NCBI GenBank assembly: GCA_030428345.1
Contig: JAUIBM010000001.1
Location: forward strand, 1 to 35,111
Source: Alphaproteobacteria bacterium
Lineage (GTDB): Bacteria; Pseudomonadota; Alphaproteobacteria; Rhizobiales; Rhizobiaceae
Direction of reading: 5' to 3'
Length of the DNA: 35,111 nucleotides
Below are positions 22,982 to 32,063 of the stretch, in pieces. The notes under the pieces were generated by a model. That model was given only the letters and a program-made list of their open reading frames with translations. It ran no database searches and was not told the DNA's origin. Numbering within the stretch: the stretch's first letter is position 1; each line of letters begins with the position of its first letter. The translations under genes were made by a program, and so were the position numbers.

Positions 22982-23904
22982 ACGTCATCGAGGTCTCAGG
23001 GCTTACCAAGAGCTTTGGCGGGCGCAAGGTCGTCGACGATGTGACGCTGCAGGTCGCCGCCGGAGAGATCGTCGGGTTTCTGGGGCCGAACGGTTCGGGC
23101 AAGACCACCACCATCCGCATGATCTGCGGGCTGCTGTCTCCCGACGAAGGCAGCGGCGAGGTGCTCGGTTTCGACGTCATCTCCGACAGCCTGCGCATCA
23201 AGAACCAGGTCGGCTACATGACGCAGAAATTCTCGTTCTACGAGGATCTCACCATTGCCGAAAACCTCACCTTCGTGGCGCGGCTCTACCGGTTGAGGCC
23301 GGTGCGCGACTATGTGGACAAGACGCTTGACGATCTGGGCCTGACCAGCCGTCGCAACCAGCTTGCGGGCACGCTGTCCGGCGGCTGGAAGCAGCGCCTG
23401 GCGCTGGCCGCCTGCATCATGCACGAGCCCAGATTGCTGCTGCTGGACGAGCCAACGGCCGGCGTCGACCCCAAGGCGCGCCGCGAGTTCTGGGACGAGA
23501 TCCATCGCCTGGCCGCGAACGGCCTCACCGTCCTGGTCTCCACCCACTACATGGACGAGGCCGAACGCTGCCACCGCATCAGCTACATTTCCTACGGCCG
23601 GATGATCGCGACGGGCACCGTCGACGAAGTGGTCAAGGGCTCCGGCCTGGTGACATTCGTGGTGCGCGGCGCCGGGCTGGAGCGGGTGGCGGCCGAACTG
23701 CACGGCGTACCCGGCGTCGAGCAGGTCGCTCCCTTCGGCAGTTCGCTGCATGTGGTCGGCAGCGACGCGCACGCCCTGGAAAAGGCGCTGCAGCCCTTCG
23801 CGCAACGGCCGGGATATTCGGTCGGGCGCGGCGAGACCAGCCTCGAGGACGTGTTCATCAAGTTCATGAGCGACAGTTCCGACAACATGGCCGGGGCGGC
23901 GTGA
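22978..23904 (+). CDS. ABC-2-type exporter ATP-binding protein (single NBD)
   Basis: Walker A is GPNGSGKTT, the signature is LSGGWKQRL and Walker B is LLLLDEPT. The start has an ATGA overlap with the HlyD stop. Confidence 0.92.
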   Translation: MNVIEVSGLTKSFGGRKVVDDVTLQVAAGEIVGFLGPNGSGKTTTIRMICGLLSPDEGSGEVLGFDVISDSLRIKNQVGYMTQKFSFYEDLTIAENLTFVARLYRLRPVRDYVDKTLDDLGLTSRRNQLAGTLSGGWKQRLALAACIMHEPRLLLLDEPTAGVDPKARREFWDEIHRLAANGLTVLVSTHYMDEAERCHRISYISYGRMIATGTVDEVVKGSGLVTFVVRGAGLERVAAELHGVPGVEQVAPFGSSLHVVGSDAHALEKALQPFAQRPGYSVGRGETSLEDVFIKFMSDSSDNMAGAA

Positions 23905-25043
23905 TGGGATTCTTCAGCTTTTCCACCGGCCGGTTGTTCGCCGTTCTGGCCAAGGAATTCGTCCAGATGCGGCGCGACCGCATCACCTTCGCCATGATGC
24001 TGGGCGTGCCGCTGATGCAGCTCGTCATCTTCGGCTATGCGATCAACAACGATCCCAAGGGATTGCCGGCGGCGCTGGTGGCGCCGACATCGGACCACTA
24101 TTCGCGCGCCATCGTCAGCGCGCTGGAACTCACCGGCTATTATCGCTTCATCGCGATCACCCAGAGCGCGGAGGAGGCCGAGCGCCTCATTTCCAATGGC
24201 TCGGTCGCCTTCGTCGTCACCATTCCTTCCGATTTCGGCACGCGCGTCGACCGGGGCGACCACCCGCGGATCCTGGTGGAGGCGGATGCGACCGATCCGG
24301 CCTCGTCGAGCGGCGCGATCAGCACGCTCGGCACCGTCGCCGCGCAGGCGCTCCAGCACGAAAAGGGGCTGGACGGCCTGCCCGCGCGCCTCCAGCCCGG
24401 CGCGCTCGATGTCGTGGTGCACCGGCGCTACAATCCGGAGGGCATCTCCCAGTACAATGTCGTGCCCGGGCTTCTCGGCGTCATCCTGCAGCTGACCATG
24501 GTGATGATGACCTCCATGGCGCTGACGCGCGAGGTGGAGCGCGGCACCATGGAGAACCTGCTGGCCATGCCCGCCCGCCCGGCCGAGATCATGATCGGCA
24601 AGATCCTGCCCTATCTCGGCGTCGCCCTCGTCCAGCTCGTGGTGGTGCTCGCCGCCTCCAGGCTGCTGTTCGCCGTCCCCTTTGTCGGCAGCATGGGCCT
24701 GCTTCTGTCGGGGGTATTCCTGTTCGTGCTGGCGCTGGTGCTGCTCGGCTACGCGATTTCCACCTTCGCGCGCACCCAGATGCAGGCCATGCAGCTAACC
24801 TTTTTCTTCTTCCTGCCCTCGCTGCTGCTGTCGGGCTTCATGTTCCCCTTCCGCGGGATGCCGGCCTGGGCCCGCTTCATCGGCGAATTGTTCCCGCTCA
24901 CCCATTTCCTGCGGGTGATCCGCGCCGTCATGCTCAAGGGCGCGCAGTGGGGCGCGATCCATGTCGAGTTTTGGGCGCTGATCGCCTTCGTATTCTTCTT
25001 CGCATTCCTCGCGCTCATGCGGTTCCGCACCACGCTCGACTGA
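23901..25043 (+). CDS. ABC-2-type exporter permease (YbhS/YbhR-like)
   Basis: 380 aa with an N-terminal TM segment, a large periplasmic loop and then 5 TM segments. The start is the GTG at 23901 or the ATG at 23904, overlapping the ATPase stop. Confidence 0.9.
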   Translation: MMGFFSFSTGRLFAVLAKEFVQMRRDRITFAMMLGVPLMQLVIFGYAINNDPKGLPAALVAPTSDHYSRAIVSALELTGYYRFIAITQSAEEAERLISNGSVAFVVTIPSDFGTRVDRGDHPRILVEADATDPASSSGAISTLGTVAAQALQHEKGLDGLPARLQPGALDVVVHRRYNPEGISQYNVVPGLLGVILQLTMVMMTSMALTREVERGTMENLLAMPARPAEIMIGKILPYLGVALVQLVVVLAASRLLFAVPFVGSMGLLLSGVFLFVLALVLLGYAISTFARTQMQAMQLTFFFFLPSLLLSGFMFPFRGMPAWARFIGELFPLTHFLRVIRAVMLKGAQWGAIHVEFWALIAFVFFFAFLALMRFRTTLD

Positions 25044-25094
25044 GACGCGGTGCGGTCCGCAAGGGCAGGGACTTTGGCTTCGCAGCGACCGGGC

Positions 25095-25934
25095 TCAGTG
25101 AGACATGAGAACCGGCGTCGCCATCGACTTCAGCGTGCTGCGGGTCGCCCCGCCGAACAGCAATTCGCGGATCGGCGAACGGCTGTAGCCTCCCATGACC
25201 AGCAGGTCGGCGCCCGAATCGGACATGTAGTTGGCGATCACGTCGCCCACCGGCAGCCCGGCCGAGGTCTCGTTGCGCACTTCGACATTGATGCCGTGCC
25301 GCGCCAGGCTGTTGGCGATGTCGGCCGCAGCCATGGTCGCGCTGTGGTCCTCGTTCTCGCGCGGGTCGACGACGACGACCGTCACCTTCTGCGCGCGCTT
25401 CAGCAGCGGCAGGGAGTCGAACACGGCGCGCGCCGCCTCCTTGCCGTCCTTCCATGCGATCACGACGTGTTTGGGGTCGATCGGCTTGCACTCGATATAG
25501 GGAACGAAGAGCACCGGCCGCCCGCCCTCGAACAGCAGCGTTTCGAAATCCGCATAGGTGTCGTCCGGCTGGTCCGGATCGGGCTGCTGCGCGATCACCA
25601 GATCGGCCGCATGGGCGGTGGTGCGCGCCGCCGCCGCGCTGTCGCCGGCATAGGTCTCCAGTCCGCGCCATTCGTGCGAAATGCCCTCGCGCCGGCATTC
25701 TTCCTCGAAAAGCTCGCGCACATGCTGCATGCGCTGGCGGCCGGCCTCGATCGCCGCTTCATCCATGCTGACCATCTCGCCGCCGACTACCGACACATAG
25801 GCCGCAGCGGAAGGCTCGGCGTGGACCGCCGTCACATGCGCGTCATCCGCGCGAATCAGCGGCATCGCCGCCTCCAGTACATGCTTGACGTCAGCGCTGC
25901 CGCGCACGATCGCAACGATTGTCTTGTAGGACAT
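25095..25934 (-). CDS. Universal stress protein with tandem UspA domains
   Basis: There are two Usp halves. The C-terminal ATP-binding-type motif is LLVMGGYSRSPIRELLFGGATRSTL. The product is 279 aa. Confidence 0.88.
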   Translation of the reverse strand: MSYKTIVAIVRGSADVKHVLEAAMPLIRADDAHVTAVHAEPSAAAYVSVVGGEMVSMDEAAIEAGRQRMQHVRELFEEECRREGISHEWRGLETYAGDSAAAARTTAHAADLVIAQQPDPDQPDDTYADFETLLFEGGRPVLFVPYIECKPIDPKHVVIAWKDGKEAARAVFDSLPLLKRAQKVTVVVVDPRENEDHSATMAAADIANSLARHGINVEVRNETSAGLPVGDVIANYMSDSGADLLVMGGYSRSPIRELLFGGATRSTLKSMATPVLMSH

Positions 25935-26012
25935 GACTTCCTCCTTGTTTGCCTTCCGGCTTTCGGTTGAAGATCATCCTAGATCGACAATTTGTCTCCG
26001 CCTTGATCGCGG

Positions 26013-27611
26013 TCAATCCTCGCCTGCGTCAAAGAGACTCGCCTGGGTCGGCGCCCTGGCCTGCTTGCGGCGCCTGGCGGGCGCGGGATCGGCGCCGCCA
26101 TGCGCCAGGGCATGGACCGTGCCGTCATACATCTGCAGCTGGATCGGCTGGCCGGGCGAGATCGCGGCCGCCCGCGTGATCGTTGCGCCGGCCTCGTCCC
26201 GGATCAGCGCGAAGCCGCGCTCCAGCACGCGCTCATGCGACAGCGAGGCGATCAGCCGCCAGCCCTGGTCGAGCCGGGTGCGGGCGCGTTCCAGATGCAG
26301 CCGGAAGCCGTTCTGCAGCCGGCGCTCCGCCGTAGCCAGCCGCTCGCCCGCCGATGAAGTCACCCGCTCGATCGTGCGGGGCGAAAGACGCGCCGTCAGC
26401 CGCGACAGATCCTTGCGCTTGTTCCTGGCGCTCGCCTCGAAGCCGAGCGCGAGCCGCCGGTCCAATTGCTTCAGCGTGCGGCGCGTCGCGTCCAGATGCA
26501 GTTCGATCGCGCGCCGGCTCAGCCTGCCTTCGACGCCGGCGAAGGACCGCCGTTTCCGGGTGACCGCCAGTTCCAGCCCGCGCATCAGCCTTGCGGCGGC
26601 CGCGTCGAAGCGCTGGCGAGGCTGCGCCAGGATCGCCTCGGGCGTTCCAAGCCCACGCCGTGCCGCCCGCAAGCCGCTGCGCGCGTCGTCCAGCGAGCGG
26701 CGAATGCCCGCGCCGAGGCGCGCGGCGAGGGTCGCCACCCGCGCCTCCAGCTCGGCCTTCACCGGCACCGCGATTTCCGCCGCCCCGGTCGGCGTCGGCG
26801 CGCGCCGGTCGGCGGCCAGGTCGATCAGCGTCCAGTCGGTTTCGTGGCCGACCGCCGAGATCAGCGGGATCATCGAGCCCGCCGCCGCGCGCACCACCGC
26901 CTCCTCGTTGAACCCCCACAGATCCTCGATCGAGCCGCCGCCCCGCGCCACGATGATGAGGTCCGGCCGCGCCACCGACCCGCCCGGCGCCAGCGCGTTG
27001 AAGCCGGCGATGGCGGCCGCCACTTCATTGCCGCTGGTCTCGCCCTGGACGCGTACCGGCCACACGATCACATGCAGCGGAAAGCGCTCGGAAATGCGGT
27101 GCAGCACGTCTCGGATCACCGCGCCGGTGGGCGAGGTGACGACGCCGATCGTCATCGGCAGGAAGGGCAGCAATTGCTTGCGCTCCTCGGCGAACAGGCC
27201 CTCCGCCGCCAGCTTGCGCTTGCGCTCCTCCAGCAGCGCCATCAGCGCGCCGGCGCCGGCGGGCTCCACATTCTCCACCACGATCTGGTATTTCGACGAT
27301 CCGGGAAAGGTGGTGAGCTTTCCTGTCGCCACCAACTCCAGGCCTTCCTGCAGCTTGCCGGCGAGGCGGCCGAAATTGCCTTTCCAGACCACCGCCTCCA
27401 GCCTGGCGCGGTCGTCCTTGATCGAGAAATAGCAATGGCCGGAGCTGTGCGGCCCGCGAAAGCCGGATATCTCGCCGCGCACGCGCACCAGGCCAAACCG
27501 GTCCTCCACCGTGCGCTTCAGCGCGGCGGAAAGCTCGGTAACCGTCATTTCGGGCATGTTGCCCCTGGCCTCGTCCGTCACGCTCGCCCTCCTTGCCGCG
27601 GCAGGCGTCAT
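26013..27611 (-). CDS. xseA: Exodeoxyribonuclease VII large subunit
   Basis: The OB-fold N-terminus is [44 protein letters not shown]. The catalytic core reads [24 protein letters not shown]...VRVQGE...[14 protein letters not shown]. The start is uncertain: the ATG at 27611 is chosen, and the track start at 27647 is a TTG. Confidence 0.9.
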   Translation of the reverse strand: MTPAAARRASVTDEARGNMPEMTVTELSAALKRTVEDRFGLVRVRGEISGFRGPHSSGHCYFSIKDDRARLEAVVWKGNFGRLAGKLQEGLELVATGKLTTFPGSSKYQIVVENVEPAGAGALMALLEERKRKLAAEGLFAEERKQLLPFLPMTIGVVTSPTGAVIRDVLHRISERFPLHVIVWPVRVQGETSGNEVAAAIAGFNALAPGGSVARPDLIIVARGGGSIEDLWGFNEEAVVRAAAGSMIPLISAVGHETDWTLIDLAADRRAPTPTGAAEIAVPVKAELEARVATLAARLGAGIRRSLDDARSGLRAARRGLGTPEAILAQPRQRFDAAAARLMRGLELAVTRKRRSFAGVEGRLSRRAIELHLDATRRTLKQLDRRLALGFEASARNKRKDLSRLTARLSPRTIERVTSSAGERLATAERRLQNGFRLHLERARTRLDQGWRLIASLSHERVLERGFALIRDEAGATITRAAAISPGQPIQLQMYDGTVHALAHGGADPAPARRRKQARAPTQASLFDAGED

Positions 27612-27665
27612 CGCCTGCGGCAGGGACGCCACAATAGCAGATTCCAAGGCGCGGTCCGCAAGGCC

Positions 27666-29222
27666 TCAGAAGGCGAATTCGCGCGCCGTCTGCGGGCGGA
27701 AGGCGCGGGCGGTCGCCAGGACCGCGATGGCTCCCGCCAGCGGCAGCGCGGTCCAGAGCGAGCCGGCCGCGAGCAGCCCCGCCGCACCGGCCCAGAAGAT
27801 CGAGGAGAAGGCCTCCGCGAAGGTCGCCATCCGCGAGGAGGTCTGCCGCCGGCGGAAATTGCTGCGCCGCGCCTGGCTGCGGAACCACAACTGGATCGCC
27901 GTCGCCGAAGCCGCGGCCGCAGCGATGCCCGCCAGCGCCGCCAATGCGCCCATAGGATCGAGCAGCGCCACGGCGATCAGGATCGGCGAGACCACCAGGC
28001 CGATCACGCAGAGCACCGCCTCTATCTTGGCGCGGATCACCGCCCCTTCCGGCACCGGGGCGGTGGCGACCAGTTGCGGCGCGTCCTCGCCCGAAATCGC
28101 CAGCCAGGCCAGCCCGCCGGCCAGTTGGCCCGCCGCCATCACCAGCACGGGGATCACCACCACTGGCGCGCCGCCGGCCGCGCCGAAGCCGCGCCACAGC
28201 ATGAAGGCCGGCGGCACCAGATACAGCACCTGCATCAGCGTCTGCGACAGCAGCCAGTGGTCGCGCGCCAGCAGTTTCCATTCCTTGTGGCGCAGCGCCG
28301 AGGCCACATTGTGCCGGCGAAAGCTGCGGGCGCCGCGCGTGGAGCCCCGCCTCTGCTGCGAGATCCCGGCCGCCGCCAGCACCCTTTCCCCGAAGACGCC
28401 GGAAAAGCCGATGATCGACCCGGCGAACAACATCCCGGCAAACGCCAGCACCGCGAAGAGCGCCGCCGGATCGCCCATCGCCGCGCGCGCCGGCAGCCAG
28501 AAGAGGCTGTCGGGCGCGGGAGCATGGGCGCGCACCGCATCGGATTGCAGGAATTGCAGGCGCGACATCGTGCCCATGGAGGCGATGGCGGCAAGCTGGA
28601 TGCCGATGACGAAGGTCGCGCCAACCAGCGCCGCCACGATCTGCGCCGCCGTGCGGGTGCGCCGCGCCCCGATCAGCCTGAACAGCGCCATCGTCAGGGC
28701 CAGCGCGATGACGGTCGCCACCACTCCCAGGGCCAGCAGCGTCGGGTAGGCGGCGAGCCAGCCGGGATGGTCGAGCAGCGCCAGCACATTGATCGCGGGC
28801 GCGGCCAGCAACAGGGAAAGCAGCGAGGTCGAAAGCGCGATCGCGCCGATGCGCACCGCGAAGATCCGCCGCGTCGAGGCGGGGGAGGCGAGTACCAGAT
28901 CGAGATCGGAGCGCGAATAGAACACCCGCGTGACCGATTCCATCGCCTGCGAGGCCATCAGCGAGAACGGCAGGACCATCATCGCCGTCACCAGCACCAG
29001 CAGATGCGAGGGATCGCCCGGCCCGTCCTGCAGCGCCGGTCCCAGCACGCTCCATGCGATGAGATGCAGCACGGCAGCGGCGCCGATCAGGAAGATCGCC
29101 ACCCGGCCCTCGCGCTGGCGCTTTCTCGCCGTCATCATCGCCAGGAAATCGCGCAAGGACAGGCGCAGTTCGTGCTGCGCAAACCAGAGGATGCTGCCCG
29201 GCCGTGCCACGATGGCGCTCAT
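27666..29222 (-). CDS. Large polytopic membrane protein, putative ABC exporter permease partner
   Basis: The ATG at 29222 overlaps the ATPase stop (ATGA). The product is 518 aa with about 10-12 hydrophobic segments and a central basic loop (QQRRGSTRGARSFRRHNVASALRHKEWKLLARD). The upstream 140 aa of the track ORF is antisense junk over the ATPase gene. Confidence 0.75.
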   Translation of the reverse strand: MSAIVARPGSILWFAQHELRLSLRDFLAMMTARKRQREGRVAIFLIGAAAVLHLIAWSVLGPALQDGPGDPSHLLVLVTAMMVLPFSLMASQAMESVTRVFYSRSDLDLVLASPASTRRIFAVRIGAIALSTSLLSLLLAAPAINVLALLDHPGWLAAYPTLLALGVVATVIALALTMALFRLIGARRTRTAAQIVAALVGATFVIGIQLAAIASMGTMSRLQFLQSDAVRAHAPAPDSLFWLPARAAMGDPAALFAVLAFAGMLFAGSIIGFSGVFGERVLAAAGISQQRRGSTRGARSFRRHNVASALRHKEWKLLARDHWLLSQTLMQVLYLVPPAFMLWRGFGAAGGAPVVVIPVLVMAAGQLAGGLAWLAISGEDAPQLVATAPVPEGAVIRAKIEAVLCVIGLVVSPILIAVALLDPMGALAALAGIAAAAASATAIQLWFRSQARRSNFRRRQTSSRMATFAEAFSSIFWAGAAGLLAAGSLWTALPLAGAIAVLATARAFRPQTAREFAF

Positions 29223-29998
29223 GCGGCCGCGATCCCCGCCTGCGGCCCCGGGGCCGCCTCTTCCGCAGGCGCCTGCCGCGCGACGATGTCGAGGAAGACT
29301 TCCTCCAGGCTGGCGTCGCCCCGGCCGGCGCGGTGGCGCAACTCGCCCAGCGTGCCCTCGGCGACCAGCCGGCCTTCGGCGATGACGCCGATGCGTTCGG
29401 CCATGCGCTCGGCGACTTCCAGGATATGGGTGGTCATGATGACGGTTGCCCCGCCGCGAACGCGGTCGAGCAGAACGTCCTTCACCAACCGGGCCGAGGC
29501 GGCGTCGAGCCCGGTGAGCGGTTCGTCGAGAATGATCAGCCTGGGATCGTGCACGAGGGCGCCCGCCAGGGCCACCTTCTGGCGCATGCCCTTGGAAAAG
29601 CCTTCGCAGCGTTCGTCGGCATGCGGGGCGAGCTTGAGCCAATCCAGCAATTCGCCGGAGCGCCGCGCGGCCTCCGCCGGCGCCACTTCCCAGAGCCCGG
29701 CGACGAATTCCAGATATTCCAGCGGCGTCAGCCGGTCATAGATCATGGGCTCGTCCGGCACCCATGCGGTGACGCGCTTGGCTTCCACCGGAGAGGACAG
29801 CGCATCGCGTCCGAAGATCGAGATCGTGCCGGCGTCGGGCCGCAGCAACCCCGCCACCATGCGCAGCGAAGTGGTCTTGCCCGCGCCGTTCGGGCCGAGC
29901 AGCGCATAGAACTCGCCGCCGCGCACGGTCAGGTCGAGGCCGGCGACCGCGGGCCTTTCGAACCGCTTGTAAAGGCCATGGATTTCAAGCGCGTTCAT
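29219..29998 (-). CDS. ABC transporter ATP-binding protein (ABC-2/CcmA-like)
   Basis: Walker A is GPNGAGKTT, Walker B is LIILDEPL and the signature is degenerate (FSKGMRQKV). The product is 259 aa. Confidence 0.9.
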   Translation of the reverse strand: MNALEIHGLYKRFERPAVAGLDLTVRGGEFYALLGPNGAGKTTSLRMVAGLLRPDAGTISIFGRDALSSPVEAKRVTAWVPDEPMIYDRLTPLEYLEFVAGLWEVAPAEAARRSGELLDWLKLAPHADERCEGFSKGMRQKVALAGALVHDPRLIILDEPLTGLDAASARLVKDVLLDRVRGGATVIMTTHILEVAERMAERIGVIAEGRLVAEGTLGELRHRAGRGDASLEEVFLDIVARQAPAEEAAPGPQAGIAAA

Positions 29999-30075
29999 CT
30001 TCGCCGACCCTCTCGGTTTTTCCCAACCCTAGCCGCTTCGGGTTTAGGTTGCGTAAACCGGAGGTGGAGGGCGGG

Positions 30076-30993
30076 TCAGTCGGTCTTCTTGCCGCTCAGG
30101 AACTGCTCGAAGATCTGCTCCACGCCCTTCTGGTATTCGCGCTGCGCGCCCAGCCCCGCGTCGAACATCTCGCCGAAGAGGTCGCCCAGTCCCCCGCTGG
30201 TGCGCGGATGCGGAGAGCCGTCCTCGGGGCTGCGATAGGGAGCCTCCTCTTCCGGCGGGGCCTCCTCGGGCGGCCGCGCCGCGCCGCCCATGCCACCGCG
30301 CAGCATGTCCTGGAAGATCTGCCCCAGCGGATTGTCGCTGCCCGGAACCGGCTGGGCACGACCGCCCGCCGAATTGCCTCCCTGCGCGCCGCGCATCATG
30401 TCCTCGAACATCTTGCCCCACGGATTGGCGCCCGCCTGCGGCGCGGATCCCGGCGTCTGGCCGCGCATGCCGCCGCCCGGGTTGGAGCCGCCCTGCGCGC
30501 CGCCGCCGGTCATCTGCTCAAGGATGCGTCCCAGCGGATTCGCGCCGGCGCCCGCTTGCGACGCGCCCGGCATCGCGCCCATCATCTGCTTGAAAAGTCC
30601 GCCCATCAGGATCGGCGCGAGCGCCGCGAGCATCTGTTTCATGATGACCTGGGAAAGCCCGGTGGCGGTCGCCGCATGCGCCGCCACGGCGCGGCTCACC
30701 TCGGGCGAGCCGAACAGATGGTTGAGGATCGCCTCGCCCTCGGCCATGCCCCCGCGCGAAACGGCCGCCATCGGATCCTCGAAATAGCGCGCATGCCCGC
30801 CGCCGGACAGCGCCGACATGAAGGACATGAACCCGGCCGGATCGGCGACATTGCGCTTCAGCCCTTGCGAGAATGCCGGCATCAGCGCCTCGACCGCGCG
30901 TTCCGTCTGCTCCCTGCTGAGCTGAAACTGCCGCGCGAAGGTGTCCATCGCCGCTGCGTTTCCCTGTGTGAGCATCTCCATGAGTGGGAGCAT
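30076..30993 (-). CDS. DUF937-like protein with a Gly/Met-rich repetitive C-terminal half
   Basis: The N-terminus is MLPLMEMLTQGNAAAMDTFARQFQLSREQTERAVEALMPAFSQGLKRN. The start is at the second ATG (30993), with GGAG 8 nt upstream. The track start is at 31020. Confidence 0.7.
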   Translation of the reverse strand: MLPLMEMLTQGNAAAMDTFARQFQLSREQTERAVEALMPAFSQGLKRNVADPAGFMSFMSALSGGGHARYFEDPMAAVSRGGMAEGEAILNHLFGSPEVSRAVAAHAATATGLSQVIMKQMLAALAPILMGGLFKQMMGAMPGASQAGAGANPLGRILEQMTGGGAQGGSNPGGGMRGQTPGSAPQAGANPWGKMFEDMMRGAQGGNSAGGRAQPVPGSDNPLGQIFQDMLRGGMGGAARPPEEAPPEEEAPYRSPEDGSPHPRTSGGLGDLFGEMFDAGLGAQREYQKGVEQIFEQFLSGKKTD

Positions 30994-31153
30994 TTCGCCG
31001 TCTCCATCTTTCTTCCGCATCCAGGATCTGCGGCTGGCGCAAGCCCGTTCAGTCGGCGTTAACCGTGTCGTGCATAACCTGTCGACGTCGAATCATACCG
31101 CCGAGTGGGGATTGTTGCCATTGCAATCGGGGAATAGCGGAAATCCGTCAGCT

Positions 31154-31438
31154 TTGACGAAGGGCGCGAGCGGCGCCGAACGAAAGTCGAGCCGGCTCAG
31201 GCGGCCGGGCAGGTTGCACTTCGAGGGCCAGAGAAGCGGCGTTCCGTGCACGGTCTCCGATCTGACCGACAGCGGGGCGGTGCTCTCCAGCCCGGGCTGG
31301 CTGGGCATGCCCGACAGCTTCACCCTGCTCCTGCGGCACGACGGTCTGTGCTTCGATTGCCAGGTGGTCTCGCGCGCCGCCAACGCGCTGAGGGTGCGGT
31401 TCGAGGGCCCGGCGGAAATGCCGGTAACGAACAGTTAA
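31154..31438 (+). CDS. Small PilZ-domain protein
   Basis: The RxxxR-like motif is RKSSR. The DxSxxG-like motif is DLTDSG, with Thr at the Ser position. The C-terminal beta-barrel segment is FTLLLRHDGLCFDCQVVSRAANALRVRFEG. The start codon is uncertain: a TTG at 31154 was chosen, and the frame stays open upstream to 30941. Confidence 0.6.
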   Translation: MTKGASGAERKSSRLRRPGRLHFEGQRSGVPCTVSDLTDSGAVLSSPGWLGMPDSFTLLLRHDGLCFDCQVVSRAANALRVRFEGPAEMPVTNS

Positions 31439-31585
31439 GCTTTCCGGCCGAAAATCATGCTGCGTGCGGAAAACCGGATTTGCGAGGCGGACCGGTGGTT
31501 GGATAATTTCCATCGCGCCCTGACGCTCGCATGACGGCGCCGCGTTTGCGACGCACCGTATCGATGCGATGAAGGCTTGAAGGAA

Positions 31586-32044
31586 ATGTCCCAGTCGGCC
31601 CCTTTACCGGAAGGCGAGGAAAACCGCAGATCCAGGCGGCAGCGCGTGCTGATCAGCGGCTATATCTCGTTCGAGGGACATTTCGCTTCCATTCCCTGCA
31701 TGATCCGCAATCTTTCCGAAACCGGAGCGCTGATCTTGCTGAACCACCCCGGCCCGGTGCCGCAGCAGTTCACGCTGTATCTCGAACTTCAGGGCTATCG
31801 GGTGGAGTGCGAGCGGGCCTGGATGAAGGGGCTGAAGGTGGGCGCGCATTTCATCGGCGAGAAGATCAAGACGCGGATTAGTCGCGACCAGCATGTCGAG
31901 ACCTCGGAGAATGCGCTTTCGGAAGCCATGCGCCAGTCCATGGCGGCGCGCGAGCATTCCCATGAGCCGAAGCCGGCGCCTCCGCCCGAGCCGGCGAAAA
32001 AATCCCTTGGGCCCGCCGCGCCCGCCTTCGGCAAGCGCCGGTAG
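31586..32044 (+). CDS. PilZ-domain protein with a Pro/Lys-rich tail
   Basis: Canonical RxxxR (RRSRRQR) and NxSxxG (RNLSETGA) motifs are present. The beta-barrel segment is FTLYLELQGYRVECERAWMKGLKVGAHF. The ATG at 31586 is chosen; the TTG at 31577 is an alternative. Confidence 0.8.
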   Translation: MSQSAPLPEGEENRRSRRQRVLISGYISFEGHFASIPCMIRNLSETGALILLNHPGPVPQQFTLYLELQGYRVECERAWMKGLKVGAHFIGEKIKTRISRDQHVETSENALSEAMRQSMAAREHSHEPKPAPPPEPAKKSLGPAAPAFGKRR

Positions 32045-32063
32045 TTCCAGGCTTGCGCCGCTA

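Noticed and set aside
26466-29741. A 1091-aa plus-strand ORF antisense to xseA, the 518-aa permease and the ABC ATPase
   Set aside because: For the same reason. Low-complexity Arg/Gly/His/Gln sequence lies opposite three well-supported minus-strand genes.
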